From Candidatus Blackburnbacteria bacterium (GTDB taxonomy: Bacteria > Patescibacteriota > Microgenomatia > UBA8517 > UBA10165), in the NCBI GenBank assembly GCA_016183565.1, contig JACPEJ010000001.1:550479-614478 (forward strand): DNA of 64,000 nucleotides, read 5' to 3'. Below, piece by piece: positions 9,502-19,522 of this stretch. Numbering within the stretch: the stretch's first letter is position 1; the number at the start of each line of letters is the position of its first letter. Under the pieces are notes generated by a model. It had not been told where the DNA came from, did not search any database, and saw only the letters and a list, made by a program, of their open reading frames with translations. Made by a program: the position numbers and the translations under genes.

Positions 9502-11523
9502 ATGGAATTCAAACTTCGTAGTCCATATAAGCCTACAGGGGATCAGCCACAGGCCATTGATAAGTTGGTGGCTGGGATTAAAAGCGGTAAAAAAGATCAG
9601 GTACTTTTGGGAGTTACAGGTAGCGGCAAGACCTTCGCTGTTGCAAATGTTATTGAAAGGTTGCAGATACCAACTTTGGTAATTTCGCACAACAAAACTT
9701 TGGCTGCTCAGCTTTATCAAGAACTGAGAGAGTTTTTTCCAGAAAATGCTGTGTCTTACTTTGTTTCTTACTATGATTATTACCAACCGGAAGCGTATAT
9801 TCCTCAAACGGATACTTATATTGAGAAAGAGACTGATATAAACCGCGAAATCGATAAGTTAAGGCTTAGAGCAACGACTAATCTTATGACTCGTAATGAT
9901 GTTATTGTTGTTGCTTCTGTTTCCTGTATCTACAATATAGGTTCTCCTTTAGAATATGGAAACTTTGTTTTAGAGCTTGAGGTGGAAAAGACGTACGAAC
10001 AGCAAGAAATAGGTAAAAGACTGGTTGAACTTCATTATGGGCGCTCGGATTTTGGTTTCCATAGAGGAACTTGGAGGGTTAGAGGGGATGTGGTTGATAT
10101 TTTTCCTGCGTACGAAGACACTGCAATCCGATTAGAGTTTAAAGGAAATGTATTGGTAAAACTTGTTGAACTGGATCCTATAAATGGGAAAAGAATTAAG
10201 GATTTAAATAGGGCGGTTGTTTATCCGGCTAAACATTATATGATGGATCCCAAGAAGCAGCAAGGAGTTTTTAAGTTAATACGAGATGATCTTTTTAAAC
10301 AAGTCCAACTTTTTAAATCTGCCGGTCGAGAGCTTGAGGCATATAGAATTGAAAGGCGTGTAACTTACGACTTGGAGATGATTGAGGAAGTGGGGTATGT
10401 GAATGGTATTGAGAATTATTCAAGGTATTTTGATGGGCGGGAGAGCGGGAATCCTCCTTATACTTTACTTGAGTACTTTAGACAAGCTTATAAGGACAAT
10501 TTTCTTATTATTGTTGATGAGTCACATATGACTATTCCTCAGATAGGAGGAATGTACAATGGGGATCAGGCTCGCAAGAAGACTCTTGTAGATTTCGGTT
10601 TCAGACTTCCGGCGGCATTTGATAACAGACCCTTGAAGTTTGACGAGTTTTTACGGCGTGTTCCAAGAGCAATTTATACTAGTGCAACTCCGGGTCCTTG
10701 GGAGGTAAATCAATCCAAATCGGAGGGGATTATTCAACAGTTGATTCGTCCGACAGGGATTCCAGATCCTCAAATTAGTGTTCGGCCTACACGTGGCCAA
10801 ATTGATGACTTGATGAAAGAGATTTTAGGACGAGTAGAGAGAGCTCAGCGAACTCTTGTTACAACTTTAACTAAGCGAATGGCGGAGGATTTAAGCACCT
10901 ATCTTAAAGAAAAGGGGATTAAAGTTCATTATCTTCACTCAGATATAGCAACACTTGATCGAACTGATATTTTAGATGAGCTGCGCGCTGGAGAATACGA
11001 TGTGTTAGTTGGTATCAACCTTTTGCGAGAGGGTCTTGATCTTCCAGAGGTTTCGCTTGTTGCAATTTTAGATGCGGACAAGGAAGGTTTTTTACGTTCA
11101 GGGACTTCTCTTATACAAGTTATGGGGCGGGCTGCTAGGCATATCGAAGGACAGGTAATTATGTATGCAGATAACATGACTGGTTCTATGCAAAGAGCAA
11201 TTTCCGAGGTGGAAAGGCGTAGAAAATTTCAACTTAATTACAATAAAAAACACGGGATTACGCCTAAGACAATCGTCAAGCCAATCCGTGAGAAACTGGT
11301 CGAACGGGGGAAAGAGGAAGCCGAACCCGTTCTTTATGGAATTGAACGACAAGTAATCCAAACCCTCGACCAAATCAATCCTGTTGAGCTAACACCGCAA
11401 GACAAGAGGAAAATGGTCATGAAGTTGCGGCGAGCTATGACCGAAGCGGCGAAAGACTTAAACTTTGAACTTGCAGCGCGTTTCCGAGATAGGATTCGGG
11501 AAATTGAGGCATCTGCGGTTTAG
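9502..11523 (+). CDS. uvrB: Excinuclease ABC subunit B
   Basis: 673 aa. Walker A GVTGSGKTF, helicase motifs, and a C-terminal UVR domain (RRAMTEAAKDLNFELAARFRDRIREIE). Confidence 0.95.
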   Translation: MEFKLRSPYKPTGDQPQAIDKLVAGIKSGKKDQVLLGVTGSGKTFAVANVIERLQIPTLVISHNKTLAAQLYQELREFFPENAVSYFVSYYDYYQPEAYIPQTDTYIEKETDINREIDKLRLRATTNLMTRNDVIVVASVSCIYNIGSPLEYGNFVLELEVEKTYEQQEIGKRLVELHYGRSDFGFHRGTWRVRGDVVDIFPAYEDTAIRLEFKGNVLVKLVELDPINGKRIKDLNRAVVYPAKHYMMDPKKQQGVFKLIRDDLFKQVQLFKSAGRELEAYRIERRVTYDLEMIEEVGYVNGIENYSRYFDGRESGNPPYTLLEYFRQAYKDNFLIIVDESHMTIPQIGGMYNGDQARKKTLVDFGFRLPAAFDNRPLKFDEFLRRVPRAIYTSATPGPWEVNQSKSEGIIQQLIRPTGIPDPQISVRPTRGQIDDLMKEILGRVERAQRTLVTTLTKRMAEDLSTYLKEKGIKVHYLHSDIATLDRTDILDELRAGEYDVLVGINLLREGLDLPEVSLVAILDADKEGFLRSGTSLIQVMGRAARHIEGQVIMYADNMTGSMQRAISEVERRRKFQLNYNKKHGITPKTIVKPIREKLVERGKEEAEPVLYGIERQVIQTLDQINPVELTPQDKRKMVMKLRRAMTEAAKDLNFELAARFRDRIREIEASAV

Positions 11524-11548
11524 TCGCGGAGAAGTTTAATTATTAGTC

Positions 11549-11559
11549 TGTGCTATAAT
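11549..11559 (+). promoter_or_regulatory. Extended -10 element (TGcTATAAT) upstream of uvrA
   Basis: tgtgctataat lies ~125 nt upstream of the uvrA start. No convincing -35. Confidence 0.25.
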
Positions 11560-11637
11560 TTCAGGTAATCGCCGTAAATCGAGCGAGGTTTGATGTGGGA
11601 TTCTCACTTACTGTTAGACCAGAGGTGCCAACCTAAT

Positions 11638-11675
11638 TCACCTTAGAGGTGGTTTTATATTGACACCTCGGGTAA
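11638..11675 (+). repeat. REP-like hairpin element (ttgacacctcgg family)
   Basis: ccttagaggtgg...ttgacacctcgggtaaaacag shares ttgacacctcgg(g)taaaa(c)ag with the copy at 56360-56380 and, reversed, with 15510-15526. Confidence 0.5.
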
Positions 11676-11682
11676 AACAGAC

Positions 11683-14670
11683 ATGCAAGATAAAATCGTA
11701 ATCAGAGGTGCTAGAGAACATAACCTGAAGAATATTGATGTTGAGATCCCGAAAAACAAACTTGTTGTTTTTACGGGAATCTCGGGTAGTGGAAAGAGCT
11801 CTTTGGCTTTTGACACGATTTACGCCGAAGGACAAAGGCGGTATGTTGAAAGTTTGTCGGCGTATGCGCGGCAGTTTTTGGGGATAATGAACAAGCCTGA
11901 TGTTGATACTATCGAAGGGCTTTCTCCGGCAATTTCAATTGAGCAAAAAACAACTTCTCATAATCCTCGATCAACAGTTGGTACAGCAACAGAAATTTAT
12001 GATTATTTAAGATTGCTTTTTGCAAGAATCGGGCATCCTCATTGTCCTATTTGCGGTAAGGAAATTGTTCAACAATCTGTAGAGACTATAACTCGAAGTG
12101 TACTTCAGTCTATTAAAGAGGCTCTCGCAACAAAACAGGTTGCGAAGTTTATTGTTTTCTCACCTGTTGTTAGAGGTAAAAAGGGGGAGTTTACAAATTT
12201 GTTTAGTAATCTTTTAGCGAAGGGGTATACAAGAGTTAGAGTGGACAACCGAATGTTTGGATTGGACGAAGACCTGTTTCTTATAAAAACTAACAAGCAT
12301 GATATTGATGTGGTTGTTGATCGAATTGCGGTTGAGAAAAAACAGATAAGGGACCAGGTGGCCTTAGATAATTTGCGTTCAAGATTGTCAACTTCGATTG
12401 AACAAGGGCTTGCTCTTTCCGATGGTCTGGTGATGCTTTCTGAGGTTTTAGATGCGGGCTTTGATATACCAGACAATCCTAAAAATCTTCAAGATCATCT
12501 TTATTCGGAACGATTCACTTGTCCGGTTGATAATTTAAGCTTTCCTGAGATTGAACCGCGGACTTTTTCTTTTAACTCTCCCCATGGTGCTTGTCCAACG
12601 TGCTCTGGTATAGGTACTCTTTTGAAGATCGATCCCACCAGAATTTTTAACCCTGAACTTACAATTGCCGAGGGCGGGATACTTCCTATGTCAAATATGT
12701 TCGAAAATGATACTTGGTATTCTCGCATTATAAAAACTGTGGTAGAAGCGAATGGTTTTAGTGTTCAGGTTCCGATTAAAAATTTGACTATCGAGCAAAG
12801 AAAAATTCTTCTTGAGGGAACAGGGAGTCAGATTTATAGGGTTCGTGGTCCTAATCGTGAGCGGCGTATGACAACAATTTTGGAGAAGTTTCCGGGGATT
12901 GTAAGGGAGCTTGAGCGGCGTCACTCTGAAACGGAATCGGAGTATGTTAGGCGTGAGATTGAGAAATATATGATTGAGCAGGTTTGTCCGGATTGTAAAG
13001 GCGCAAGATTAATGCCTGAGGCATTATCAATAACAATTGCAAATCATTCAATTGTTGATGTAACTAGAAAGCAAATAACTGATGCTTTGGGATTTATCGA
13101 ATCCTTGAGTGGGTCTGACACCCATTCGGCAGATTCGATAGACTCACTGCAAGCTGGCTCAGGGCAAGCATCTTTAACAAGGCGCGAGCAAGAAATTGCT
13201 CGGCTTATTTTGCGAGAAATATTCTCTCGTTTGCGGTTTCTTGTTTCTGTTGGTCTTGAATATTTAACACTTGATCGTGCGTCAGGAACTTTAGCAGGTG
13301 GGGAGGCGCAGAGAATTCGGCTTGCCTCACAAATTGGGTCTGGGTTGACAGGGGTATTGTATGTGCTTGATGAACCTACGATTGGTCTTCATCAACGAGA
13401 TAATCGTAGGCTTATAAAAACCTTGCAGGATTTGCGCGACTTGGGAAACACAGTTATTGTTGTTGAACATGATCGGGAAATGATGGAATCGGCTGATTGG
13501 ATTTTGGATTTTGGTCCAGGGGCGGGGAAAGCAGGAGGAGATGTGGTTGCAGAAGGCAGTTTGGAGGTTTTACAGAAAAACCCAAACTCTGTAACGAGTA
13601 AATATCTGTTGGGTAAAAAGGATCTTTGGGTGAATAAAAATAATCACGTAACGATGCTTGAGGATCAGGCTGTGACCCTTCATGGGGTGAACGTTCACAA
13701 TCTTAAAAATTTGACTGCTTCTTTTCCGTTGCATAAATTTGTTTGTATAACGGGTGTCTCAGGATCTGGGAAGTCAACACTTTTGGTTGATACACTTTAT
13801 CCTGCACTAAAAAAGGCGATTGATCCACCTCGGTTATTTTCTTCTGTGGGTAGTAACTCGAGTTGGGAAAGATTGGAAGGAGCGGACAGTATTAGGCGAT
13901 TGGCGCTTCTTGATCAGTCTCCAATAGGGCGCACCCCACGGAGTAATCCTGTTACCTACACAGGGGTCTTCACTGATATACGCGATTTATTTGCTCAGGC
14001 TCCTGAGGCTCGGGTACGAGGCTATAAACAAGGGAGATTTTCATTCAATGTTAAGGGTGGGCGATGTGAGGCTTGTGAAGGGCAAGGTGTAAACAAGATC
14101 GAAATGCATTTTCTTTCGGATGTTTATGTAACTTGTGATATATGTGAAGTTACTCGTTATAACCGAGAAACTTTAGAAGTCGAGTGGCATGGCAAAAATA
14201 TTGCCGATGTTTTGAAAATGACAGTTGCAGAAGCTCAAGAGTTTTTTGCAAATATACCGAGTATTTCTGACAAGCTACAGACTCTTTCGGACGTAGGACT
14301 TGATTACATAGAACTGGGACAATCTGCACCGACTCTCTCAGGAGGAGAAGCGCAAAGGATTAAGCTTTCAACAGAGCTTATGAAACGTTCTGGCGGTTCG
14401 ACTTTTTATATTCTTGACGAGCCGACAACTGGGCTTCACTTTCAGGATATAGAGAAGTTATTAGGGTGTCTTTTGAGACTTGTTGAGATGGGGAATACGG
14501 TTGTTGTGATTGAACATAACTTGGATGTTATTAAGAATGCAGATTGGGTGGTAGACCTTGGGCCTGAGGGGGGAGAGAAAGGTGGAGAGATTATTGCTCA
14601 AGGGACTCCGAAGGATATAGCAAAGGTTAAAAGTTCCTATACTGGCCAGTTTCTGGCGAAGATTTTGTGA
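11683..14670 (+). CDS. uvrA: Excinuclease ABC subunit A
   Basis: 995 aa. Two ABC ATPase modules ([12 protein letters not shown] / [11 protein letters not shown]), zinc-finger Cys clusters, and LSGGE signature motifs. Confidence 0.95.
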   Translation: MQDKIVIRGAREHNLKNIDVEIPKNKLVVFTGISGSGKSSLAFDTIYAEGQRRYVESLSAYARQFLGIMNKPDVDTIEGLSPAISIEQKTTSHNPRSTVGTATEIYDYLRLLFARIGHPHCPICGKEIVQQSVETITRSVLQSIKEALATKQVAKFIVFSPVVRGKKGEFTNLFSNLLAKGYTRVRVDNRMFGLDEDLFLIKTNKHDIDVVVDRIAVEKKQIRDQVALDNLRSRLSTSIEQGLALSDGLVMLSEVLDAGFDIPDNPKNLQDHLYSERFTCPVDNLSFPEIEPRTFSFNSPHGACPTCSGIGTLLKIDPTRIFNPELTIAEGGILPMSNMFENDTWYSRIIKTVVEANGFSVQVPIKNLTIEQRKILLEGTGSQIYRVRGPNRERRMTTILEKFPGIVRELERRHSETESEYVRREIEKYMIEQVCPDCKGARLMPEALSITIANHSIVDVTRKQITDALGFIESLSGSDTHSADSIDSLQAGSGQASLTRREQEIARLILREIFSRLRFLVSVGLEYLTLDRASGTLAGGEAQRIRLASQIGSGLTGVLYVLDEPTIGLHQRDNRRLIKTLQDLRDLGNTVIVVEHDREMMESADWILDFGPGAGKAGGDVVAEGSLEVLQKNPNSVTSKYLLGKKDLWVNKNNHVTMLEDQAVTLHGVNVHNLKNLTASFPLHKFVCITGVSGSGKSTLLVDTLYPALKKAIDPPRLFSSVGSNSSWERLEGADSIRRLALLDQSPIGRTPRSNPVTYTGVFTDIRDLFAQAPEARVRGYKQGRFSFNVKGGRCEACEGQGVNKIEMHFLSDVYVTCDICEVTRYNRETLEVEWHGKNIADVLKMTVAEAQEFFANIPSISDKLQTLSDVGLDYIELGQSAPTLSGGEAQRIKLSTELMKRSGGSTFYILDEPTTGLHFQDIEKLLGCLLRLVEMGNTVVVIEHNLDVIKNADWVVDLGPEGGEKGGEIIAQGTPKDIAKVKSSYTGQFLAKIL

Positions 14671-14723
14671 TTTGTGATATTTATTTGCTATTCCACCTTT
14701 CCACCTCCACCGCCTCCAGCCTC

Positions 14724-15526
14724 CACCTCGGGAGTGGCCGCTCGGGTTGTCGCATGTGTCATGAATGATAAATTTGGCGTAATCGGAAGCGACACTCCCG
14801 AGGTGTAGGTTCGAGGTGTAGGTTTAGAACTCTTCCATATCCAATAGCTGGTGTTTGATTCTCTCCAGAGTTTCCCCATACGAAATCTGATCTTCTAGGA
14901 AACTTTTATACTTTTTAGATGAATTGGAGAAAAATGATAAGATTTCACTAACTTCGCACAACTTGCTATTCCCTATCATAAAATCTTGATAAGAAGACCA
15001 TGGGTACTCGCCCAAACTTTTGGTTAGATGAGAGACAATTGGGTTAAGATGGATATATCTGGATACGTGGAGAAATTGATCTTCGCTTTCGACCCGTACA
15101 GCCTTAAACCTGCCTTGGAAAAGGGGCCCTATTTTCCTATGTTTTGTATTAAAGTACTTTACATAGCTGTTGGACAACTGACCTACGAATTTTGAGATAC
15201 CGCCATCTTGTAGTTGTTGCACCAGAAGGTGGAAATGGTTAGGCATTAGACAATATGAGAAAATTTTTACTATTTTCTTTTTATCTGATAATTTAATAGG
15301 TAGTAGAGTACCGTGTGTAAATTTGGAAAATTTAGGTTTGGGCCCTTCGATATAATAATAAGAAGTAGTCTGTAGGAACCTTTTATAATCCCTCTGTAGT
15401 AAGAAAATATCTTGCTTGTTAGCACCACGATTAAAAATGTGGTATGTTTCATTGGTTATAAGTGGAGTTAATCTACCAGGCATTATTTTTAATTATGAGC
15501 GGCCACTCCCGAGGTGTCAATATCGG
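14724..15526 (-). mobile_element. REP-associated tyrosine transposase (IS200/IS605 TnpA-like, RAYT) unit with flanking inverted REP hairpins
   Basis: The CDS 14824..15483 has the HUH motif (PNHFHLLVQQ) and an IS200-like N-terminus. The 20-nt sequence gagcggccactcccgaggtg at 15497-15516 is the exact reverse complement of 14724-14743. An additional REP-like copy lies at 14790-14825. Confidence 0.75.
14824..15483 (-). CDS. IS200-like Y1 (HUH) transposase, REP-associated (RAYT)
   Basis: 219 aa. YHIFNRG..., ...CLMPNHFHLLVQQ (HUH) and a downstream Tyr-containing helix. Paralog at 56402..57076. Confidence 0.8.
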   Translation of the reverse strand: MPGRLTPLITNETYHIFNRGANKQDIFLLQRDYKRFLQTTSYYYIEGPKPKFSKFTHGTLLPIKLSDKKKIVKIFSYCLMPNHFHLLVQQLQDGGISKFVGQLSNSYVKYFNTKHRKIGPLFQGRFKAVRVESEDQFLHVSRYIHLNPIVSHLTKSLGEYPWSSYQDFMIGNSKLCEVSEILSFFSNSSKKYKSFLEDQISYGETLERIKHQLLDMEEF

Positions 15527-15552
15527 AAATGAGCTATGTGATATGATAAGGT

Positions 15553-17460
15553 GTGCGACTGCTCACTGCTGCTAGAATCTTAATCTTCAATACTTTTTTC
15601 CTTCTTGTTGCTTGTCTGTTACCTATTACTGTTTCTGCTCAACAGGAATTTAAGACCGAATATCAGACTGTTTATACGGTTCTAGAAAACGGGGATGCGC
15701 AAGTTTCGCAAGACATAACTCTTACCAATAATTTTTCAACTATTTACGCAACTTCGTACACATTGTCTCTTGAGAGTAAAAAACCTGAGAAGATTGAGGC
15801 TTACAGCGGGAAACGAATATTCGAAACAAACACAGAAGAGATAGATCAGATAACAAAAATCACTATATCTTTTCCGGATTCTTTGGTCGGCCGTGGTAAG
15901 TCGAGAACGTTTACCGTAAAATACACGATTCCCGCGCTTGCGAGCCAAAATGGCCAGGTTTGGGAATTAGCCGTGCCCAGGCTTGCCTCTCCTGAATTAT
16001 TGGATTCTTATAATCTCACATTAAGGGTACCAGGGAAATTTGGGAAACTCGCATACGTTTCACCTAACGCAAAAGAAGAGGGCTTGGCGGATGGTTTCAG
16101 AACTTTCTTTTTTGAGAAAGATTCTCTCAGTCGTGCGGGAGTTGTCGCTGCGTTTGGTGATTTTCAGGTTTTTTCTTTCCAAATAAATTATCACCTTCAA
16201 AATCCATTCAAGGATAGGTTGGGTAAAACTTCGATTGTGTTAGTCCCCGATACTGCTTTTCAAAAGGTTTACTACGAAACCTTAGATCCCAAGCCTGAGA
16301 GTATAGAACTTGATGAAGACGGGAACTGGGTAGCAACTTACTACATTGAGGCAGAGGAAAAAATTACAGTGAATGCTCGGGGCTCTGTTCAAATTTTCGC
16401 AACACCTCAAGAGCATTATATGAATGTTGATCCTAAAAGCAAACCATACTATCTTTCAGAAGGAAACTATTGGGAAGTAAATGATCCTGAAATTGTGAAG
16501 ATTGCTAAGGATTTTAGGAGTACACGAGAGATATATGATTTTGTTGTGAATACGCTAACTTATGATTACGAGCGGGTTCGGGAGGGTGTAGAAAGATTAG
16601 GGGCAAAGAGAGCTTTGAATTCTGCCCAGAATGCGGTTTGCATGGAATTTACTGATCTTTTTGTTGCTCTTACTCGTGCTAAAGGTATTCCTGCTCGGGA
16701 AGTAAACGGGTATGCCTATACTGAGAACCCTCGTGTACAACCACTTTCTTTGGTTGCTGATGTTTTGCATGCATGGCCCGAATATTGGGATGAAGATGTG
16801 CAAATTTGGCGTCCGGTTGATCCAACGTGGGGAAACACAACCGGTGGTGTTGATTTTTTTGACAAGTTTGATCTTTCTCATATTACTTTTGCTATCCACG
16901 GTAAAAATTCTGAGTCACCGGCTGCTGCGGGGTCTTATAAAGCTCCAGGAATCCCCCAGAAAGATGTAATAGTAGAGTTTGGCCAACTTCCGCAGAAGAG
17001 AACTTCAACTCCTCAAATACAAGCTTCGTCACCTGATGTGTCCTTTCCTTTCTTCCCCTCTTATTTAACTGTAAAGGTTTCAAATTCTGGACCTGTGGCT
17101 TTATACCATCAAAAAGTGAATATCTCTGGGACTATTCGAGATCTTAAACCTGTGGAAATGAGTAATTCATCTGAGGTGGAATTTCTTGCACCATTTACTT
17201 CACAAATATTAACTTTTTCCTATAGGGCTTCATTTTTTGCTTTCGGGAAACAGAATCAAGTGAATGCACAAGTAGGAGATGTTGCAATTGTTTATGTTCT
17301 TCCTGAATCTAAAAATCAGATACTTGGCTTGGTGCTAATATTTGGCAGTCTGTGTTTGCTTGCGCTAATGGGTGCTGGGGTTGTAAAATTGTGGGCGAGA
17401 AAGCGGGCTTCATGTGCTTCTAATGATCACGCTTCACGAACAGGCGCAGATTCTGCCTAA
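15553..17460 (+). CDS. Transglutaminase-like (cysteine protease fold) membrane-anchored protein
   Basis: Signal/TM at the N-terminus. NAVCMEFTDLFVALTRAKGIPAREVNGYAY is the transglutaminase-core Cys motif. C-terminal TM plus basic tail. Confidence 0.65.
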   Translation: MRLLTAARILIFNTFFLLVACLLPITVSAQQEFKTEYQTVYTVLENGDAQVSQDITLTNNFSTIYATSYTLSLESKKPEKIEAYSGKRIFETNTEEIDQITKITISFPDSLVGRGKSRTFTVKYTIPALASQNGQVWELAVPRLASPELLDSYNLTLRVPGKFGKLAYVSPNAKEEGLADGFRTFFFEKDSLSRAGVVAAFGDFQVFSFQINYHLQNPFKDRLGKTSIVLVPDTAFQKVYYETLDPKPESIELDEDGNWVATYYIEAEEKITVNARGSVQIFATPQEHYMNVDPKSKPYYLSEGNYWEVNDPEIVKIAKDFRSTREIYDFVVNTLTYDYERVREGVERLGAKRALNSAQNAVCMEFTDLFVALTRAKGIPAREVNGYAYTENPRVQPLSLVADVLHAWPEYWDEDVQIWRPVDPTWGNTTGGVDFFDKFDLSHITFAIHGKNSESPAAAGSYKAPGIPQKDVIVEFGQLPQKRTSTPQIQASSPDVSFPFFPSYLTVKVSNSGPVALYHQKVNISGTIRDLKPVEMSNSSEVEFLAPFTSQILTFSYRASFFAFGKQNQVNAQVGDVAIVYVLPESKNQILGLVLIFGSLCLLALMGAGVVKLWARKRASCASNDHASRTGADSA

Positions 17461-18736
17461 GACTCCTGGAGTATATACTTTTAAAGATAAACAGGGGAAG
17501 GTGTTGTATGTGGGAAAGAGCATTAGTGTGCGGGATAGGGTGGTTTCTCATTTGGCTGCTAAGGACGGAAAAAGTCGGGCAATTTCGGAAAATTCCACGA
17601 GTGTTACTTCTATTCCTGTAACTAACGAACTTGAGGCCTTGCTTTTGGAGGCAGAACTTATAAAGAAGTATTTACCTCCCTATAATGCTCGCGCCAAAGA
17701 TGATAAGCACGCTTTGTATATTGAAATTACAAAAGAGGAGTTTCCTAGGATTCTAACCTCACGTAAGGAGGATAACCCCATATCAGTATTTTTTGGTCCT
17801 TTTCCAGCTTCTTCGACTGTTAAGCAAGTTTTAAGACAGATAAGAAAGATTTTTCCTTATTGTTCTCAAAATCCAGGGGCAAAAAAGGCGTGTTTTTATT
17901 CTCACCTGGGGCTTTGCGACCCATGTCCTGCGTCCATACGAAGGGAGGCCGATTCGGGAAAGCGAAAACAATTAAAAGCCGAATATGCAGGAAATATTCG
18001 AAGGATACGCCTTTTGTTAGACGGTAAAAAAGATACGTTGCAGAAAAAACTTGAAGCTGAGATGAAAAAACAGGCAACTTTCGAGAATTTCGAGAAGGCA
18101 AGTTTTATTCGGGATCAATTGCGGAAACTAAGTTACATAACCCAACCTTATAATAAGATCTCTCTCTATTTAGAGAACCCGAATCTTTTGCAGGATATTA
18201 GAGAAAAAGAGATGAGCCTTCTTTATAAATATCTCAGGCCTTACTTTGCTAATCTTACTTTACCCAGAAGAATAGAGTGTTTTGATGTTGCGCACACCGG
18301 AGGAGAAGCTGCGACTTGTTCTCTTGTTACTTTTGTTGAAGGTGAGGCAGAAAAAAATCTTTATCGACGTTTTCGTGTTCGCGGGCTTAAGACCCGGGAT
18401 GATTTTGCAATGCTTAGCGAAACCGTCACAAGACGACTAAATCATTTAAAAGATTGGGGAACACCGGACTTGATTCTTGTTGATGGAGGAAGGGGGCAGG
18501 TTAGTGTTGTTAGACAAGTGTTGGATAAAAACAAAGTCAGTATCCCGGTTGTTGGACTGGCCAAACGTTTTGAGCAGGTTATAATACCATTGCCTTTTCC
18601 GCAGGGGTTTAAAGTTTTGCGTTTATCACGTGATAATCCAGCTTTGATGTTATTGCAAAGATTACGGGATGAAGCGCATCGTTTTGCTCGTGTTTATCAC
18701 TTTAAATTGCGGTTGCGAGAGCTTTTAAGAACTTGA
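17414..18736 (+). CDS. uvrC: Excinuclease ABC subunit C (short form lacking the C-terminal HhH2 domain)
   Basis: GIY-YIG N-terminus (GVYTFKDKQGKVLYVGKS), UVR domain (FEKASFIRDQLRKL), and RNase-H-like endonuclease domain. It ends at ~440 aa with no helix-hairpin-helix tail. The 5' end overlaps the upstream gene by ~45 nt. Confidence 0.8.
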   Translation: MLLMITLHEQAQILPKTPGVYTFKDKQGKVLYVGKSISVRDRVVSHLAAKDGKSRAISENSTSVTSIPVTNELEALLLEAELIKKYLPPYNARAKDDKHALYIEITKEEFPRILTSRKEDNPISVFFGPFPASSTVKQVLRQIRKIFPYCSQNPGAKKACFYSHLGLCDPCPASIRREADSGKRKQLKAEYAGNIRRIRLLLDGKKDTLQKKLEAEMKKQATFENFEKASFIRDQLRKLSYITQPYNKISLYLENPNLLQDIREKEMSLLYKYLRPYFANLTLPRRIECFDVAHTGGEAATCSLVTFVEGEAEKNLYRRFRVRGLKTRDDFAMLSETVTRRLNHLKDWGTPDLILVDGGRGQVSVVRQVLDKNKVSIPVVGLAKRFEQVIIPLPFPQGFKVLRLSRDNPALMLLQRLRDEAHRFARVYHFKLRLRELLRT

Positions 18737-18772
18737 CAGCAACCCACCAACGCGCAATACTAGAGATGGTAT

Positions 18773-19174
18773 ATGAAACGCCTGATCAGATCGTTTGCTA
18801 TTTATCTTTTTGCTCTTTGGCTTATTACGGCCAACGTAGGGGGTATTGACTATAATAACTCTTTTCAAAATTTGGCACTTGGAGCGTTGGCCCTTTCTAT
18901 TGCAGAGGCTCTGTTGAAACCTCTTGTTAATCTTTTATTATTGCCTTTTAATTTAGTAACTTTGGGTATATTCCGCTGGGTTTCGAGTGTTATAACGCTT
19001 TATGTGGCAACTACTCTTGCCCCGGGTTTCTCTGTAGTATCTTTTACTTATCCTGGTTTTTCCTCTAACTTATTTATAGTCCCTGAAGTTCATTTTCCTC
19101 TTTTTGCTGCGTATATAGTGGTTTCATTCTTACTCTCTTTAATGACTTCGTTTTTATTCTGGCTTTCGCACTGA
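18773..19174 (+). CDS. Small polytopic membrane protein (hypothetical; holin-4-like topology)
   Basis: 133 aa with 3-4 predicted TM helices. No recognisable catalytic motif. Confidence 0.35.
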   Translation: MKRLIRSFAIYLFALWLITANVGGIDYNNSFQNLALGALALSIAEALLKPLVNLLLLPFNLVTLGIFRWVSSVITLYVATTLAPGFSVVSFTYPGFSSNLFIVPEVHFPLFAAYIVVSFLLSLMTSFLFWLSH

Positions 19175-19185
19175 TATAATAAACA

Positions 19186-19285
19186 AAACTCAAAAGTTAA
19201 AAGTCAAAGGTCAAAAGTTTAGAATGTTTCTACTTTTGAATTTTAACTTGCGATTTTGACTTTTGCATTTTGAATTTTGACTTTT
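19186..19285. repeat. AT-rich palindromic repeat built from aaagtcaaaa units
   Basis: caaaagttaaaagtcaaaggtcaaaagt ... acttttgaattttaacttgcgattttgacttttgcattttgaattttgactttt. Long imperfect dyad centred near 19225. Confidence 0.4.
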
Positions 19286-19504
19286 TATCCAATGAGTATA
19301 CTGACTATCCTACAAACAATTCTTGCGGTTTTCTTGGTTGTTTTTATTTTGTTCCAAAACAGAGGAGCTGGTTTGGGGTCAAGTTGGGGAGGGAGCGGGG
19401 AATTTTATTCCACACGGCGAGGTTTTGAAAAGATCTTTTTTAAAGCAACAATTGTTGTGGCAGCTTTTTTCATTATTGTTTCTTTCTTGTCACTTTTAAT
19501 TTAG
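19277..19504 (+). CDS. secG: Preprotein translocase subunit SecG-like
   Basis: 75 aa. Two TM helices separated by the Gly-rich loop QNRGAGLGSSWGGSGEFYSTRRGFEK, typical of SecG. An alternative start at 19292 (MSILT...) is possible. Confidence 0.55.
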   Translation: MTFYPMSILTILQTILAVFLVVFILFQNRGAGLGSSWGGSGEFYSTRRGFEKIFFKATIVVAAFFIIVSFLSLLI

Positions 19505-19522
19505 TTATTTAATTAATGTGCA

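Noticed and set aside
14688-14879. 63-aa ORF (MGKLWRESNTSY...GGGGGGKVE)
   Set aside because: It lies entirely within REP hairpin copies downstream of uvrA. Its composition is dictated by the repeats.
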